Shown here piece by piece: positions 61,670 through 64,000 of a DNA stretch of 64,000 nt; the first letter of the stretch is position 1, and every line of letters begins with the position of its first letter. The notes under the pieces are model-generated. The model was given only the letters and a program-made list of their open reading frames with translations, searched no databases and had not been told where the DNA came from. This DNA is from Chitinophagaceae bacterium (GTDB taxonomy: Bacteria > Bacteroidota > Bacteroidia > Chitinophagales > Chitinophagaceae): positions 6,263-70,262 of the forward strand of contig JBILBN010000002.1 in NCBI GenBank assembly GCA_044353665.1. The letters run 5' to 3'. The translations under genes were made by a program, and so were the position numbers.

Positions 61670-63508
61670 GTTGTTTAAGACGAATGTCAAAGATACATTT
61701 AGAAACCTTTTCACAACGGGTTAGATATGCCAAGCGTAGAAGTAGAAGTTGTTTAAGACGAATGTCAAAGATACATTTAGAAACCTTTTCACAACTAGCG
61801 GGCCAATCAATATCTATTCAAATGTGTTGTTTAAGACGAATGTCAAAGATACATTTAGAAACCTTTTCACAACAGTCAAACATTGATGACTTCGATTTAA
61901 AGTGTTGTTTAAGACGAATGTCAAAGATACATTTAGAAACCTTTTCACAACTGCATACTTTGAATGTTAATTTTGTGACAGTTGTTTAAGACGAATGTCA
62001 AAGATACATTTAGAAACCTTTTCACAACCGTCATGTTATTAAATTTTAGTGTTAATTAGTTGTTTAAGACGAATGTCAAAGATACATTTAGAAACCTTTT
62101 CACAACGACATTGGAGTAACTTCTTCAACATCTGTTGTTGTTTAAGACGAATGTCAAAGATACATTTAGAAACCTTTTCACAACTGTTTTAATGTGGTTT
62201 AATATATCAACAAAGTTGTTTAAGACGAATGTCAAAGATACATTTAGAAACCTTTTCACAACCCAAAAGAACACAGGGAGCGTTTAATGCTTGTTGTTTA
62301 AGACGAATGTCAAAGATACATTTAGAAACCTTTTCACAACCATGTCAAGTAGCTTGTGATTATTACTTCTGTTGTTTAAGACGAATGTCAAAGATACATT
62401 TAGAAACCTTTTCACAACACAATTTAGTAATAGATTGTTTCAATTCAGTTGTTTAAGACGAATGTCAAAGATACATTTAGAAACCTTTTCACAACTGTTC
62501 TGAGGCTTCGCTGTTTTCCTCATCAGTTGTTTAAGACGAATGTCAAAGATACATTTAGAAACCTTTTCACAACAATGTTCCATTTAAAATTTCGTTGCAT
62601 ACTGTTGTTTAAGACGAATGTCAAAGATACATTTAGAAACCTTTTCACAACTGTACTGGTGCCCCGTAACCACTATCCATCGTTGTTTAAGACGAATGTC
62701 AAAGATACATTTAGAAACCTTTTCACAACTTATTCTCATACTTAACCTCTGCTGGTTGAGTTGTTTAAGACGAATGTCAAAGATACATTTAGAAACCTTT
62801 TCACAACTATTTTTTCTAATTTTAAACTAAGTTTAATGTTGTTTAAGACGAATGTCAAAGATACATTTAGAAACCTTTTCACAACAATACCAAGATACAG
62901 AACGCGCTGAGTTAGGTTGTTTAAGACGAATGTCAAAGATACATTTAGAAACCTTTTCACAACTTTTAAAAGTTTGATTATAATATTGTTCTGTTGTTTA
63001 AGACGAATGTCAAAGATACATTTAGAAACCTTTTCACAACTTAAAGGACTTTTTTATTTTATGATAAATAGTTGTTTAAGACGAATGTCAAAGATACATT
63101 TAGAAACCTTTTCACAACAGATGTACTTATATAAGATTCATCGTGCAAGTTGTTTAAGACGAATGTCAAAGATACATTTAGAAACCTTTTCACAACAGAT
63201 ATGTACAAATTAAAATTAAACCAAGTGTTGTTTAAGACGAATGTCAAAGATACATTTAGAAACCTTTTCACAACATACAAAAGAACAAAATCAAGAAGTA
63301 AATTGTTGTTTAAGACGAATGTCAAAGATACATTTAGAAACCTTTTCACAACATCATCAAAGGCTTCATTTGTGTTTGAATAGTTGTTTAAGACGAATGT
63401 CAAAGATACATTTAGAAACCTTTTCACAACATACAAAAGAACAAAATCAAGAAGTAAATTGTTGTTTAAGACGAATGTCAAAGATACATTTAGAAACCTT
63501 TTCACAAC
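61670..63508 (-). CRISPR. CRISPR array: 24 identical 48-nt repeats, 23 spacers (29-30 nt)
   Basis: The plus-strand repeat is GTTGTTTAAGACGAATGTCAAAGATACATTTAGAAACCTTTTCACAAC, with a period of 77-78 nt. The first repeat is 61670-61717 and the last is 63461-63508. The strand is inferred from the tracrRNA anti-repeat orientation and from the terminator and leader positions. Confidence 0.97.
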
Positions 63509-63584
63509 TGTAAAATTTCAAAAAATAAATATCTAGTACCGTAATTAAAATAATAACTATTAACTTTGAAATTATTAATTTTTT
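63509..63584 (-). promoter_or_regulatory. Putative AT-rich CRISPR leader
   Basis: 76-nt AT-rich spacer between the last repeat and the moxR-like ATG. The minus strand carries a near-consensus TATTTTTTG about 11 nt upstream of the first transcribed repeat. The duplicated spacers lie at this end. Confidence 0.5.
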
Positions 63585-64000
63585 ATGGAAACGACAACAC
63601 ATTCAAGCGAACAATTTGCCAATGCAAAAATTGAAACATTAATTCAAAACATCGAAAAAGTGATCCATGGCAAACGTCCACAAATAAAAGCTGTGATCAC
63701 TTGTCTTTTAGCCAAAGGCCATATACTCATGGAAGATAATCCTGGCACCGGAAAAACCGTTTTAGCAAGGACATTAGCAGGCTCCATTGCATCCAACAGG
63801 TCTAATTCGGTTTTTAAACGAATACAATTTACGCCCGACTTATTGCCTATGGATTTATTGGGCACGCATGTGTTTGATGAGTCAAATAAAGAATTTATTT
63901 TTAAAAAAGGTCCTCTCTTTTGCAATGTATTGTTAGCAGATGAAATAAACAGGGCATCGCCTAAAGTACAAAGTGCGCTTTTGGAGTGCATGGCAGAAAA
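63585..64000 (+). CDS. MoxR-like AAA+ ATPase (3' end outside window)
   Basis: Open frame from the ATG at 63585 reads METTTHSSEQF...ILMEDNPGTGKTVLARTLA...RIQFTPDLLPMDLLG...LLADEINRASPKVQSALLECMAE, with Walker A and B and the MoxR signature. Absent from the track because no stop codon lies within the window. Confidence 0.9.
   Translation, partial: METTTHSSEQFANAKIETLIQNIEKVIHGKRPQIKAVITCLLAKGHILMEDNPGTGKTVLARTLAGSIASNRSNSVFKRIQFTPDLLPMDLLGTHVFDESNKEFIFKKGPLFCNVLLADEINRASPKVQSALLECMAE

Noticed and set aside
63119-63226. Spacers 19 and 20 both begin AGAT(A)TGTAC, which might suggest related protospacers.
   Set aside because: Only about 9-10 nt are similar and the rest differs completely. That is too short to separate from chance in AT-rich spacers.
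61670-63508. Plus-strand (cas-collinear) transcription of the array, with the leader in the cas2-array gap.
   Set aside because: A plus-strand crRNA could not pair with the minus-strand tracrRNA candidate, which has the nexus and terminator in the correct 5'-to-3' order only on the minus strand. The cas2-array gap also contains a minus-oriented terminator rather than a promoter-like leader. Experimental confirmation is still needed.
61642-63513. About ten ORFs on both strands (61642..61989, 62229..62456, 62449..62745, 62618..62830, 62742..62960, 62917..63213, 63059..63505, 63150..63383, 63241..63513) encoding repeated CLRRMSKIHLETFSQ, LFKTNVKDTFRNLFTT or VVKRFLNVSLTFVLNN peptides.
   Set aside because: These are translations of the 48-nt CRISPR repeat in different frames. 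The apparent peptide repeats have the 78-nt array period, and the ORFs switch frame with spacer length. They are not genes.
63644-63991. 115-aa minus-strand ORF at the right edge of the window.
   Set aside because: It is antisense to a plus-strand frame carrying clear MoxR AAA+ motifs (GTGKT Walker A, LLADEINRA Walker B). The minus-strand ORF has no recognisable features.

Overview
AT-rich chromosomal window from a Bacteroidota organism, probably Flavobacteriia-like. This placement rests on T9SS type A and type B C-terminal sorting domains, TAnnTTTG -7 promoter boxes, an rpmB-rpmG-DUF4295 trio, TamB and an S46 peptidase. All calls come from reading the sequence and the ORF track; no database search was possible.

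Gene content, left to right:
- rpmB (partial), rpmG and a DUF4295 gene.
- Tyrosine catabolism genes hppD and hmgA, plus an arginase-family gene.
- Two glycosyltransferases, an ABC permease, a photolyase, queA and tRNA-Ser(UGA).
- A 12 kb S10-spc ribosomal protein block on the minus strand (rpsJ through rplO, secY, map). It lacks its usual str and alpha neighbours and is flanked by two SprB-repeat T9SS type B proteins.
- hpf, a DinB/YfiT gene, tamB (1588 aa), an S46 dipeptidyl peptidase and tdk.
- A surface-polysaccharide locus: rfbB, rfbA, a WbpD-like acetyltransferase, a WbpB-like oxidoreductase, an epimerase, a Wzy-like membrane protein, a Wzx flippase and an O-acetyltransferase. It ends in a 1786-aa T9SS type A protein built from about 15 two-cysteine modules.
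- A fused alpha/beta 2-oxoacid dehydrogenase E1 gene.
- A complete type II-C CRISPR-Cas locus, followed by a partial MoxR ATPase gene.

The CRISPR-Cas locus is the most interesting part:
- A tracrRNA is predicted on the minus strand, divergent from cas9.
- cas9 (1450 aa) is separated from cas1-cas2 by a RayT/IS200-like HUH transposase gene with REP-like hairpins.
- The array has 24 identical 48-nt repeats and 23 spacers. It appears to be read on the minus strand, toward cas2.
- The REP hairpins share a 12-nt core with the CRISPR repeat and the tracr anti-repeat.

Separately, several intergenic spacers show clear 7/14-nt tandem periodicity.
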